40,862 nucleotides of DNA, from the IMG/VR virus record IMGVR_UViG_3300029779_000011. One strand, written 5' to 3'. The stretch is from a virus. This document shows positions 23,632 to 33,219 of the stretch, piece after piece. Under the pieces are notes generated by a model. The model saw only the letters and a list, made by a program, of their open reading frames with translations, was not told the origin of the DNA and searched no databases. Each line of letters begins with the position of its first letter. Within the stretch, counting starts at the first letter, position 1. The position numbers and the translations under genes are program-made.

Positions 23632-25627
23632 ACTTTTTGTAAAAATCGGCGCGGACACGACCGAAGCGAATAAAGGCATTGACGAAGTCGGGCGGAAAAC
23701 ATCCGGGCTCGGGGAAAAGCTGAAATCCGGACTTGCGACAGCCGGGAAAGTAGCTGTTGCGGGTGTCGCGGCTGGCGCCACCGCAATCGGAGCGCTCGGG
23801 ACGAAAGCGGTTGCCGCTTACGCTGACTATGAACAGCTTGTGGGCGGTGTGGAAACGCTTTTCAAGGACAGCCAAGATCAGGTTATGGATTATGCGAACA
23901 ACGCATATAAGACCGCTGGTCTGTCCGCAAATGAATATATGGAGACGGTAACGAGTTTCTCAGCCTCTCTGCTGCAATCTCTCGATGGAGACACAAGCGC
24001 GGCAGCGGACAAGGCGAACTTGGCAATTACCGATATGTCCGATAACGCAAACAAGATGGGCACGGACATGACATCCATCCAAAATGCTTATCAAGGCTTT
24101 GCGAAATCGAACTATACAATGCTGGACAACTTAAAACTTGGCTACGGCGGAACGCAGGCGGAAATGGAGCGGCTGCTTGCGGACGCAGAGAAGATTTCCG
24201 GTATCAAGTACGACATTTCGAGCTATGCGGACATCGTGGACGCTATTCATGTGGTGCAGACCGAAATGGGCATCACGGGAACGACCGCAAAAGAAGCGGC
24301 CAGTACGATTCAGGGCTCGTTCGGTATGATGAAATCCGCATGGCAGAACCTTGTGACAGGCATGGCAGACCCCGACCAAGATTTGGGCGTTTTGGTAGGG
24401 AACTTTACGGATTCTGTGGTCATCGCGGGGAACAATCTGATTCCTCGGATTCAGGAGCTTTTGCCGCGTATCGTCGAAGCGACAACGTCCCTTATCGGAA
24501 CGGTAAGCGAACAGTTACCGGCGATTCTGGGCACGGTACTGCCGTCTCTTGTAGAGGGCGCTACAAACCTTGTAACCGGTCTTATGGCGGCTTTGCCGTC
24601 TGTGCTGTCGGTTTTGGCGGACGTTGCGCCGACGGTCATCAACACGCTCGTTCCGGCTCTCATTGAGCTTTTGCCGCAGATCACACAGACTGGCATTGAT
24701 GTCATTGTATCGCTTGCACATGGTATTGCAGACGCGCTCCCGCAGCTAATTCCCGCCGCAACGGATGCAATTATCGAAATCGTAGAGGTTTTGACTAGCC
24801 CGGACAACCTCGGGAACCTGATTGACGCAGCGCTTGCTATCATTCTGGCTCTTGTTGATGGGCTTGTAGATGCGACTCCAAAACTGATTGCAGCAGTTCC
24901 GGACGTTATCGCGAACCTTGTCACGGCAATCATTGCAAATATGCCGAAAATTCTTGAAGCAGGCGTGGAAATCACAATGGCGCTTGCAGATGGGCTTATC
25001 AAGGCGATTCCGGAATTGGTGGCGGCGATTCCGAACCTGATTCTCGGTATCGTGCAGGGCATTATCGACAATCTGCCGGAGATCATCATGGCAGGCCCCA
25101 AAATCATTGCGGCTCTGGCAACTGGCTTGATTGAAGCGATTCCGGATATCGTCATGGTCATTCCACAGTTGATTCGGTCTATCGTGGACACATTTCTTTC
25201 GTTTGACTGGGGAAGCATCGGTAAGAACATTGTCGAGGGCATCAAAAACGGTTTCGTGAATATGTGGAACAGTTTCAAGCAAACGGTTGAAAACGTCTTC
25301 ACGGGGCTTGTAGACGGTGTGAAAAGCTTCCTCGGCATCGCGTCCCCGTCTAAGGTCTTCGCCGGTATTGGCGGATATATGGCGGAAGGACTCGGGCAGG
25401 GCTTTGACAAAGAATTCTCAAATGTCAAGCGTGGGATTCAAAGCCAACTCGATTTCGGCACGATGACCTTTGGAATGTCTTCCTTCGGTCATCTTCCGGC
25501 ACTCGCCGGAGCAGGCACGACAAATAACTACTACAACATCAATGCCGACCGGGTGAAGCAGTTTAATGACATTATCCGAATTACAGAAAATGAGCGTTTG
25601 ACTTCGCGGATGGGGGTATCTGCATGA
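23618..25627 (+). CDS. tape measure protein
   Basis: 669 aa, Ala/Gly/Ile-rich and helical. N-terminal MNLFELFVKIGADT... is typical of tape measure proteins. Confidence 0.9.
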   Translation: MNLFELFVKIGADTTEANKGIDEVGRKTSGLGEKLKSGLATAGKVAVAGVAAGATAIGALGTKAVAAYADYEQLVGGVETLFKDSQDQVMDYANNAYKTAGLSANEYMETVTSFSASLLQSLDGDTSAAADKANLAITDMSDNANKMGTDMTSIQNAYQGFAKSNYTMLDNLKLGYGGTQAEMERLLADAEKISGIKYDISSYADIVDAIHVVQTEMGITGTTAKEAASTIQGSFGMMKSAWQNLVTGMADPDQDLGVLVGNFTDSVVIAGNNLIPRIQELLPRIVEATTSLIGTVSEQLPAILGTVLPSLVEGATNLVTGLMAALPSVLSVLADVAPTVINTLVPALIELLPQITQTGIDVIVSLAHGIADALPQLIPAATDAIIEIVEVLTSPDNLGNLIDAALAIILALVDGLVDATPKLIAAVPDVIANLVTAIIANMPKILEAGVEITMALADGLIKAIPELVAAIPNLILGIVQGIIDNLPEIIMAGPKIIAALATGLIEAIPDIVMVIPQLIRSIVDTFLSFDWGSIGKNIVEGIKNGFVNMWNSFKQTVENVFTGLVDGVKSFLGIASPSKVFAGIGGYMAEGLGQGFDKEFSNVKRGIQSQLDFGTMTFGMSSFGHLPALAGAGTTNNYYNINADRVKQFNDIIRITENERLTSRMGVSA

Positions 25628-25785
25628 GAAGCGAAAACTTCATCGGCACGAACCAGGAAGGGCGCAGCCTCTCCGGCGGCGATACCTACAACTTTATCGT
25701 GCAGGCGAATGAAATCCGCGAGATCGACGACTTCATCCGCCGCGCCAAGAGCCAGAGAAGAATAAAAAGAATGGGGGTGACGTGA
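25624..25785 (+). CDS. hypothetical protein, 53 aa (below ORF-track cutoff)
   Basis: Hand translation gives MRSENFIGTNQEGRSLSGGDTYNFIVQANEIREIDDFIRRAKSQRRIKRMGVT. ATGA coupling upstream, and the stop abuts the next start. Confidence 0.4.
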   Translation: MRSENFIGTNQEGRSLSGGDTYNFIVQANEIREIDDFIRRAKSQRRIKRMGVT

Positions 25786-27762
25786 TTGAGCATTACGGCT
25801 ACTGTAAAAATCAAAGATTTTGCGTTTTTGGATGAGTCGGCAAGAAACGTAAACGACCATACATCAAATCCAGTCACTCTTAGCCATGGGGACTATTTGA
25901 TTATGTCCGTACAAGAACTCCCCCAAAATATGCGTTTTAAGCGAATCACCGACGCAACTGCACATGCATATTTAAGCAGTGTAACAGGTGTGAATGAGGC
26001 ATACACAAGTGTGATGTTCGCCCAATTTGACGCGGAATCTATTACGTACAACACGAAACCTAATCACCTTTCTTCTTCGTATGGTGACACTAAGGTGACT
26101 ATCTCACGCGGGTGGAACGAAATTGATGATTACGTAACTATGTACGGGATTAGGTATGGCATTGTTTTCTACCTCAACAAATACGCTGATGGCTCCGTCG
26201 CTGTAGTAACAAGTGGCACTAATGCCCCATATTTAACAGTAACGGTCGATGATAGCGACACAATAGGGCTAACATTACGCGAAACGTCCCCCACATCAGG
26301 TACAATCATAAAAACGCAGGATAACACTTTCACGTGGCGTGTAGCGGAAGATTCTGATAATCAGTGCGCCCCTGCGCTGGAACAAGCCTCTGCCGTCTTC
26401 CGCTGGCGCTCCGGCACGAGCGGCACCATTCACACGATCAACGTCTCCGGCAACACGCAGAGCGTCACGGTACCCGCAAACACCTTTGCAGGCACGACGA
26501 GCATCCAGTGGCAGGTCGCGGTCACGGCGAACAGCGGCGTGGTCACAACATCCAAATGGGTGACGCTTTCGACCGCCGATGCAACGCCGACCGCCGCGCC
26601 TTTGAGCCCGGTTGATACGGTGATCGACGGCTCGAAGGACGTTCTGTTCCAGTGGCAGCACTCGATCTCAACCGGCACGGCGCAGAGCAAGGCAGACCTG
26701 CAAAAAAGCACCGACGGCTCGACATGGACGACGCTGACGACCGTGACCGGCGCTGCGAAGCAGTGGACGTGCCCTGCCGGGACGTTAACTTCCAGCATCA
26801 AATACTGGCGCGTGCGCACCTACAACGCCGACGGCATTGCGGGCGAATGGAGCGATGCGGCACAGATAGTGGTTATTGCTGCACCGGCTACGCCTGCGAT
26901 CCAGATCAAGTCAACCGGTCCGCGCCCGTCCATCAGCTGGCAGACCTCCGAGCAGGAGGCGTACCAGGTAGAGCTTGACGGAAAGCTTTCCGGCGGCACG
27001 CACTACGGCACGGACAAGACGTGGACGAGCCCAGCATATCTCGCGGACGGAAGCCACACGGTGCGCGTGCGCGTGCAGAACCAGTACGGCATGTGGTCAA
27101 ACTGGGGCGCGGCGGCGCTGCCTGTGACGAACACGCCGGGCGCGAGTATCACGCTGAGCGTACAGGCTTCCAGCGCCGCGGATCTCAGTTGGCAGACCTC
27201 CGGCAGCTATGACTTTTATCTTGTATACCGAAACGAAAAGCCGATTGCAAAGCTCACCCAAACGCAGTACACAGACGAGCTGTCTTCCGGGAACGTCACC
27301 TATCAGGTGCGCGGCTGCTACGCGGATTCGAGCAATTACGGTTTGTCTGGCGCGGTCACGGCAACGATCACGACCGGACAGTATGTGACGCTCTACGGCA
27401 TCGCGTCCGGGAAGAAAGTGACGCTCAAGCATTGCGGACTCAAGAATCAGCCGGTGCAGAACGCGATCAACCGCGACATTCAGTACATTTTCATGTATGG
27501 CAGCACGTACCCGCATGCGGAAAGAAGCGAGTTTGTGACAAAGAAGGTCGGCGGCACGGCGGTTTTCCTTCCGGGCGAAGACAAAGCAGGATTTGACGCG
27601 CTGATTGGCGAATTGGTGTGCCTGAAAACGCAGTCCGGCGAAATGGTCATCGGATATCTGAACGAGACGAGCGACACGTCGAGAGTGAACCCAGATAAAT
27701 CCGTCGTCAACTTCTCGATTCAGCAGATCGACTACACGGAGGTGATCGACATTGATTCGTGA
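25786..27762 (+). CDS. distal tail (Dit)-like protein with about four FN3-like repeats
   Basis: TTG start. Repeated W-x-W / YxVR beta-sandwich units. First gene after the tape measure. Confidence 0.65.
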   Translation: MSITATVKIKDFAFLDESARNVNDHTSNPVTLSHGDYLIMSVQELPQNMRFKRITDATAHAYLSSVTGVNEAYTSVMFAQFDAESITYNTKPNHLSSSYGDTKVTISRGWNEIDDYVTMYGIRYGIVFYLNKYADGSVAVVTSGTNAPYLTVTVDDSDTIGLTLRETSPTSGTIIKTQDNTFTWRVAEDSDNQCAPALEQASAVFRWRSGTSGTIHTINVSGNTQSVTVPANTFAGTTSIQWQVAVTANSGVVTTSKWVTLSTADATPTAAPLSPVDTVIDGSKDVLFQWQHSISTGTAQSKADLQKSTDGSTWTTLTTVTGAAKQWTCPAGTLTSSIKYWRVRTYNADGIAGEWSDAAQIVVIAAPATPAIQIKSTGPRPSISWQTSEQEAYQVELDGKLSGGTHYGTDKTWTSPAYLADGSHTVRVRVQNQYGMWSNWGAAALPVTNTPGASITLSVQASSAADLSWQTSGSYDFYLVYRNEKPIAKLTQTQYTDELSSGNVTYQVRGCYADSSNYGLSGAVTATITTGQYVTLYGIASGKKVTLKHCGLKNQPVQNAINRDIQYIFMYGSTYPHAERSEFVTKKVGGTAVFLPGEDKAGFDALIGELVCLKTQSGEMVIGYLNETSDTSRVNPDKSVVNFSIQQIDYTEVIDIDS

Positions 27763-28789
27763 CGTATCCTACCGCGTGGCGGTTTTACGAAAGGGCGGCG
27801 AGGTATCGGCGCTTTCGTGGGCGGCGGGGAATGACCCAACGGTTTATTTCGATGCGTCCGGCGAGATCAAGTCGAGCTTTTCCGGCGAATTCTATGTGAA
27901 TCCCATTGTAGACCTGCTGTCAGACGAAATTCAGCCGATTTTGACCGTGGACGGAACGGAATATCCCCTCGGGGTGTTCCGCGCCGCGACGGTGACCACA
28001 GCGGTCACAAAATACGGAAAGACGGTCAAGGTAGAGGCGTATGACCGGTGCTGGCTGCTCAAAAGCAACAAAACGCAGACGCGGGTGCATTATGCAAAGG
28101 GCACGTCTTACTTGACGGTCGTTCAGCAGATTTTGACGGCGTGCGGCGTGGCACTGGCTATCACGACAGCTTCTGCGGCAACGCTTGCCACAGACCGCGA
28201 GGACTGGGAGATCGGAACAGATTATCTGACGATCTGCAATGACCTTCTGGCGGAGATCAACTACAAGCCTGTGTGGTTCGACGTGCAGGGTATCGCCCAT
28301 ATCGAGCCGTATACACAGGCGCTTGCGGCAAACATCAAGCACCGATACGGCGGGACGGAGATTTTGAGACCGATTTCGGCAGACGCTTCGGAGGAAACGG
28401 ACATCTTTTCTACGCCGAATGTTTTTGTGTGCGTCTGCTCGAATCCGGACTTGGAAGATGCGCTTGTGGCGACGGCGGTCAACGAATCGCCGTCGTCCGC
28501 GACCTCAACATTCAAGCGGAATATGCGAATCGTTCAGGTGACGAAGGTCGACAATGTTGCATCTCAGGACGAATTGCAGACCATCGCGAACCGGCTGATG
28601 AGCGAGTCGCAGCAGACGGTAAAAACGATCAGTTTCGAGACATTTTCTGAGGGGAATCACGGCATCGGGGACGCGATCTCCATTGACCATCCGGATATCG
28701 GCGGAATCTATGAGGAAACCGCTTGGAGCATCACGCTTGGAGCGGGAGAGTTGATGAAACACACAGCGAAAAGGACGGTGATTGCATGA
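27752..28789 (+). CDS. tail-associated / baseplate hub-like protein
   Basis: 345 aa. Second gene after the tape measure. Confidence 0.55.
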   Translation: MIRDVSYRVAVLRKGGEVSALSWAAGNDPTVYFDASGEIKSSFSGEFYVNPIVDLLSDEIQPILTVDGTEYPLGVFRAATVTTAVTKYGKTVKVEAYDRCWLLKSNKTQTRVHYAKGTSYLTVVQQILTACGVALAITTASAATLATDREDWEIGTDYLTICNDLLAEINYKPVWFDVQGIAHIEPYTQALAANIKHRYGGTEILRPISADASEETDIFSTPNVFVCVCSNPDLEDALVATAVNESPSSATSTFKRNMRIVQVTKVDNVASQDELQTIANRLMSESQQTVKTISFETFSEGNHGIGDAISIDHPDIGGIYEETAWSITLGAGELMKHTAKRTVIA

Positions 28790-29028
28790 TTCCGGGCTTA
28801 TCGACGCAGAAAGAAAAGAAGGTAACAGCACCGACATTTGACCTTGCGACGGTCGGCGCGGTGTATTCCGACGGTTTGAGCCTGATTTTTGACGGCAGCA
28901 CGACGGCAAGCGAAAAGCATTACAAATGCAACACGTCGATTTCGTTCAAGGCGGGCGACCGGGTGAAGATTTCGAAGATTTCCGGCTCTTACGTGGTGGA
29001 TTACGTCGTCGGAATCCCAAAAACATAG
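28786..29028 (+). CDS. small tail/baseplate protein, 80 aa
   Basis: Internal ATG (MIPGLSTQ...) overlapping the upstream stop. Confidence 0.5.
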   Translation: MIPGLSTQKEKKVTAPTFDLATVGAVYSDGLSLIFDGSTTASEKHYKCNTSISFKAGDRVKISKISGSYVVDYVVGIPKT

Positions 29029-29039
29029 GGGGTGATTAA

Positions 29040-29333
29040 GTGTTTCAGAAAATCGCGAACGCTTTATCGGTGGAAGTAGAGGGAACTGACCTGACGAAAG
29101 CGACGAAGATTGAGTTTTACGTGAGGCAGGGATGTTCCTTCTTCCAGTATGAACCTACAGTAGTCGACGAAACGCACCTGCTTGTAAAAATCCCGTATGC
29201 AGACGCAATGCGGCTGCAAGCAAGCACTGTGAGACTACAGCTTGCCTTAACGGATGGCGACGGAAACCCGATGGCAGCTGAAATCGTGCAGACGGACGCA
29301 AAGCGGTTTTTGAAGGAGGCGGGATATGATTAA
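29040..29333 (+). CDS. hypothetical tail-module protein, 97 aa
   Basis: ORF track. GTG start behind GGGGGTG. Confidence 0.5.
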   Translation: MFQKIANALSVEVEGTDLTKATKIEFYVRQGCSFFQYEPTVVDETHLLVKIPYADAMRLQASTVRLQLALTDGDGNPMAAEIVQTDAKRFLKEAGYD

Positions 29334-29580
29334 AATGACGCTCTCCCAGCCGGAGATCAAGATGAAGATCGCCCCGGCGAAGGTAGTTTACACGGGAGGC
29401 AGCAAGCCGTATGAGGGCGTATACGACGTAACGCCGAAGACTTACGAGCCGGTGGTGCTGCCGACCAGAAACCGGCTTTTGTCCCGCGACGTAAACGTTG
29501 CAAAAATCCCGCAGTATGAAGTATCCAACGCCGCCGGTGGGCTGACGCTCATCATGGGCGACGAGTATATGAACAGTTAG
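29326..29580 (+). CDS. hypothetical tail-module protein, 84 aa
   Basis: ORF track. Overlapping start. Confidence 0.5.
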   Translation: MIKMTLSQPEIKMKIAPAKVVYTGGSKPYEGVYDVTPKTYEPVVLPTRNRLLSRDVNVAKIPQYEVSNAAGGLTLIMGDEYMNS

Positions 29581-29590
29581 GAGTGAGCAT

Positions 29591-30178
29591 ATGGCAAACA
29601 AGTATGTAAACAAACTGATCGTCGGCACGGAGGTCAAGCTCGACCTGTCGGGCGATACCATCGTCGCAAGTGACCTCAAAAAGGGCGTCACCGCGCACGA
29701 CAAGTCCGGCGCGCCGATCACCGGCACGAACGAGTTTGACGTCAACTCGCAGGACGCGGACGCTGCGGTTGCGGAGGTTCTGAAGGGCAAGACATTCTAC
29801 GCGCGCGGCTCGAAGCTGACCGGCAACATGCCGGACAACGGCGCAAAGACGCTCGAGATTGCCGATGCGGAAGACGAGCCGACAATTGCAATGGGCTTCC
29901 ACGACGGCTCCGGCAAAGCGCGCATCAAGGCGACAGAAAAAGCAAAGATCATTCCCGGCAATATCAAGTCCGGCATTACCATTCTCGGCGTGGTGGGCAG
30001 CTACGGCGGCGAGGCGGTCAAGGCACAGGCAAACAAAAACGTCACACCGAGCTTTGCCGAGCAGGTCGTGACGCCGGATGAGACGTATGACTATCTGTCG
30101 CAGGTGACTGTCGCGGCGATTCCCGTCACCTACACCGACAACGCCGCAGGAGGGCAGACGCTCCAGATCGGAGGCTGA
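29591..30178 (+). CDS. tail fibre-like protein
   Basis: N-terminal VKLDLSGDTIVASDLKKGVTAHDKSGAPITG, shared with the next gene. Confidence 0.55.
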   Translation: MANKYVNKLIVGTEVKLDLSGDTIVASDLKKGVTAHDKSGAPITGTNEFDVNSQDADAAVAEVLKGKTFYARGSKLTGNMPDNGAKTLEIADAEDEPTIAMGFHDGSGKARIKATEKAKIIPGNIKSGITILGVVGSYGGEAVKAQANKNVTPSFAEQVVTPDETYDYLSQVTVAAIPVTYTDNAAGGQTLQIGG

Positions 30179-30179
30179 C

Positions 30180-30605
30180 ATGGCAGTCAACAAAGTCGCC
30201 CTGAACGGCGAAGTCAAGCTTGACCTGACCGCCGACACCGTAACGCCGGAGACGCTTCTCAAGGGGAAGACGGCGCACAACGCGGCGGGCGAGCTGATTA
30301 CAGGAGTGTATGAGCCTATGAACATAAAACAGTACACCGGTACGCTGCTTGCCTCGGGCTGGGCTGCGGATGCACATGGCTACCAGGCGCAGACGATCAC
30401 GATCACGGGGCTGAAAGCGTTATATGACGTTGACCCGCAGTGGGACGTGGTCCTCTCGGGCACGGACCCGGATGCGGACGCGGCGCTTTTGGAGGGCTTC
30501 GCGCTCATCCACAACTACAAGACGGGCGCGAACAGCCTGACCGCGCAGTGCATTGGCAAGGCGCCGACGGTCAACATCCCGGTTAAGGTGGTGGTGTTCG
30601 GATGA
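30180..30605 (+). CDS. tail fibre-like protein (N-terminal paralogue of 29591..30178)
   Basis: VKLDLTADTVTPETLLKGKTAHNAAGELITG. Confidence 0.55.
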   Translation: MAVNKVALNGEVKLDLTADTVTPETLLKGKTAHNAAGELITGVYEPMNIKQYTGTLLASGWAADAHGYQAQTITITGLKALYDVDPQWDVVLSGTDPDADAALLEGFALIHNYKTGANSLTAQCIGKAPTVNIPVKVVVFG

Positions 30606-31249
30606 GCGGGCGCAGTCCTAGATGGATTCAGAAGATCTCGCGCGGAACGCCGCTTGGAGACATTGAGGTCGGCACGCTGATCAAACTGAACGAGAACAGT
30701 TCGCCAGTAGAATTCTACGTAGCGAAGCATGATTATGAAAGTACTTTGAACGGAGCTGGCCGGACGCTGCTGGTTCGGAAAACTGTATACGATATGCACC
30801 AGTTTGGCACGCATAATACATACGCCGACAGTGTGCTGGATGTGTTCTTCAATGGAACGTATCTTGCCTTGCTGGACGCGACCATTCAGACGGCAGCCGG
30901 GACAACAAAATTCTATTACACGGTCGGCGGAGCATCGACGGCACTGACAACGCTGGAACGTGCTGTTTTTCAGTTGTCTATCACAGAGCTTGGGCTTACG
31001 GCAAGCAACATGAACGCGGAGGGCAGCGCACTGCCGATTGCAAATAGCTTGAAAATCGCAACAAATGCAGCTGGCGCAGCGGTTAAACAGTGGTCAAGGA
31101 CGCCATACCCAGGCGGCACCAGATACGTGCGTTGCCTTTACGAAACGGGAGCGTTGGATTACGATTCGTCCACTTATACGTACGGTTCGCGCCCAGCGTT
31201 GACGCTTCCGGATGACGTAGCTGTCGACAAAGACATGTTGATCGCATAG
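30602..31249 (+). CDS. putative receptor-binding protein (DUF6273-like pattern)
   Basis: IKLNENSSPVEFYV...LLVRK...VFQLSITE...GSRPALTLP. Paralogue of the next gene. Confidence 0.55.
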   Translation: MSGRSPRWIQKISRGTPLGDIEVGTLIKLNENSSPVEFYVAKHDYESTLNGAGRTLLVRKTVYDMHQFGTHNTYADSVLDVFFNGTYLALLDATIQTAAGTTKFYYTVGGASTALTTLERAVFQLSITELGLTASNMNAEGSALPIANSLKIATNAAGAAVKQWSRTPYPGGTRYVRCLYETGALDYDSSTYTYGSRPALTLPDDVAVDKDMLIA

Positions 31250-31258
31250 GAGGCGCGT

Positions 31259-31945
31259 ATGGGAATGTTTTTAAGGCGCGGACCTGCGCCACACAGAACG
31301 AGGATGTCCGATCTGGAAATCGGGCGCAGTATCAAACTGAACCTGAACAGTACGCCGTGGGAGTGGCTGGTCGTGCATCAGGGCTTGCCGTCGGAAATCT
31401 ACGATGCGAGCTGCAACGGCACATGGCTGCTGCTAAAAGACATCTATGAGAAACGAGTGTGGAACAGCGCCGGCACAAACATTTTGGAAAGCAGCACGGT
31501 TCAAAGCTACCTGAACGGAGACTTTCTGGGTCTGTTTGACCCGGAGGTACAGAGCGCAATCAAGCAGGTAAAAATTCCGTACCGCAAGAACGGCGGGTCT
31601 GGCGGCACTGATCAGAGTGGTGCAAATGGGTTGCTGAGTAAAATTTTCTTGCTGGCGGATCTCGAAGTCGGTTTCCTCGCATCGACCACCACACCAGAGG
31701 ACGGAGCAAAGCTGGACTATTTTGTAGCAGGGACCACAGGAGCCTCCAAACGTATTGCGTACCTCAACGGTTCGGCAAACAGCTGGTGGCTACGCTCCCC
31801 GCACGCCAGCAGAAGTGATATCGCCGGTAGCGTCGGAACAGATGGCGTATATGGCGGTGCCAAGGTAATCGCATCTTACGGCGTCCGCCCGGCAATCATT
31901 CTCCCGTCCAACTTTATCATTACCGACGACATGCTCGCAGCATAG
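31259..31945 (+). CDS. putative receptor-binding protein (paralogue of 30602..31249)
   Basis: IKLNLNSTPWEWLVV...LLLKD...IFLLADLE...WWLRSP...GVRPAIILP. Confidence 0.55.
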   Translation: MGMFLRRGPAPHRTRMSDLEIGRSIKLNLNSTPWEWLVVHQGLPSEIYDASCNGTWLLLKDIYEKRVWNSAGTNILESSTVQSYLNGDFLGLFDPEVQSAIKQVKIPYRKNGGSGGTDQSGANGLLSKIFLLADLEVGFLASTTTPEDGAKLDYFVAGTTGASKRIAYLNGSANSWWLRSPHASRSDIAGSVGTDGVYGGAKVIASYGVRPAIILPSNFIITDDMLAA

Positions 31946-31953
31946 GAGGCACT

Positions 31954-32625
31954 ATGTACATCACACATAACAATCAAACCTACGCGAACGTCCGGGTATA
32001 CAGCACATCCGGCTCGGTCCGGTTTACGGGCGATTCTCTTTCGGGGCTGACGACGCTGACCGGTCCCGTCGGGGTCTTCGCGGACAACGGCTTCGAGCTG
32101 CGGACGTTCGTACCGATCGATTATCTCCGACAGGACATCAAAGACGGCAGCTGGCTACTGACGAATATCCCGCTGCCGGAGCCACAGCCAGTCGTTGCAA
32201 CGCCTGTTGTCTATGATCTTCTGACATCCACGGCGAATATGACGCGAATGTTGATGAAGGGCGAGAAGCCAAAGACGGCAGATGAAATTATCATGTGTTC
32301 GGCGCTCTACGACGAATGGACGCCGGGCAATCACGTCGCCGGAGACATTTTCTCTGTAGGCGGGGATATATGGGAATGCTTCCAGAATTACGACAATGCG
32401 GTCAACCCCGATATCGTCCCCGGCAACGCGGCGTGGTTCACGTTCAATAAGCCGTATCACGGCACGTCACGCGAGACGGCGCGGAATTTCGTGCACCCAA
32501 CGGGGGCGCACGACATCTACAAAAAAGGTGAATGGGCAGTGCAGGGCGGAAAGTTCACCAAAGCTAACCAGGACACAGCATATAGTCTCGCGGAGTATCC
32601 GCAGGCGTGGGATGTGGAAGAATAA
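31954..32625 (+). CDS. tail-tip protein with CBM5/12-like carbohydrate-binding motif
   Basis: YDEWTPGNHVAGDIFSVGGDIWECFQNY...AWF resembles chitin-binding-type aromatic motifs. Confidence 0.45.
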   Translation: MYITHNNQTYANVRVYSTSGSVRFTGDSLSGLTTLTGPVGVFADNGFELRTFVPIDYLRQDIKDGSWLLTNIPLPEPQPVVATPVVYDLLTSTANMTRMLMKGEKPKTADEIIMCSALYDEWTPGNHVAGDIFSVGGDIWECFQNYDNAVNPDIVPGNAAWFTFNKPYHGTSRETARNFVHPTGAHDIYKKGEWAVQGGKFTKANQDTAYSLAEYPQAWDVEE

Positions 32626-32655
32626 CAGCCGCCCGAGGGCGAGAAAGGAGAACAC

Positions 32656-32955
32656 ATGGACGACGGAATTCAGGCGCATGTCGCAGCGATCGACGCGCGC
32701 TGCAAATCCAACCAGCACCGCATCGACGAGCTCGAGGCGGACAACAAGGCGCTTCACCAGCTGGCTACCTCCGTAGAAGTGCTGGCGACGAAGCAGGAGA
32801 CGATCGAGTCGAACGTGAACGAGATCAAGACCGACGTGAAAGCCCTCAAGGCGCTCCCCGGCAGCCGCTGGGAGGGGCTTATCAAGGCAGCCGTGACAGC
32901 GATCGTCGCGGGGCTGGTCGGCTACGCGCTGGCTCTGGCGGGGCTGGGAGGCTAG
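32656..32955 (+). CDS. xhlA: XhlA-like lysis-associated membrane protein
   Basis: Coiled-coil N-terminus plus the C-terminal TM helix AAVTAIVAGLVGYALALAGL. Confidence 0.65.
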   Translation: MDDGIQAHVAAIDARCKSNQHRIDELEADNKALHQLATSVEVLATKQETIESNVNEIKTDVKALKALPGSRWEGLIKAAVTAIVAGLVGYALALAGLGG

Positions 32956-32956
32956 T

Positions 32957-33208
32957 ATGGCGGACGGGCAGAAAAAGCCGCAGCGGAAGACGAAGGGGCG
33001 CATGGCGCGGGAGCTGGTCTACTACTGCATTTACGCCCTGACGCTTACGCTCGCGTGGGCAGTGGTCATCAAGACGGTTGCGGTCATCCTCGACCGCCCG
33101 TCCGACCTCTCCGACGTGCTGATCTTCGCGGCGGCGTCGTTCGGCGGGGAGCTGCTGCTCCTGCTGTGCAAGAGAGTATTTGCGAAACCAAATGAACCGG
33201 TAGAATGA
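32957..33208 (+). CDS. holin-like membrane protein (2 TM)
   Basis: Basic N-terminus followed by two hydrophobic helices. Confidence 0.5.
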   Translation: MADGQKKPQRKTKGRMARELVYYCIYALTLTLAWAVVIKTVAVILDRPSDLSDVLIFAAASFGGELLLLLCKRVFAKPNEPVE

Positions 33209-33219
33209 AAGGGGTACAT

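Noticed and set aside
24451-25428. 325-aa minus-strand ORF and other alternative-frame ORFs inside the tape measure
   Set aside because: The tape measure frame has the typical TMP sequence. The others are frame shadows in repetitive Ala/Gly-rich coding DNA.
25786-32625. Diversity-generating retroelement or invertible host-range cassette in the fibre region
   Set aside because: No reverse transcriptase, template/variable repeat pair, invertase or flanking inverted repeats could be found.
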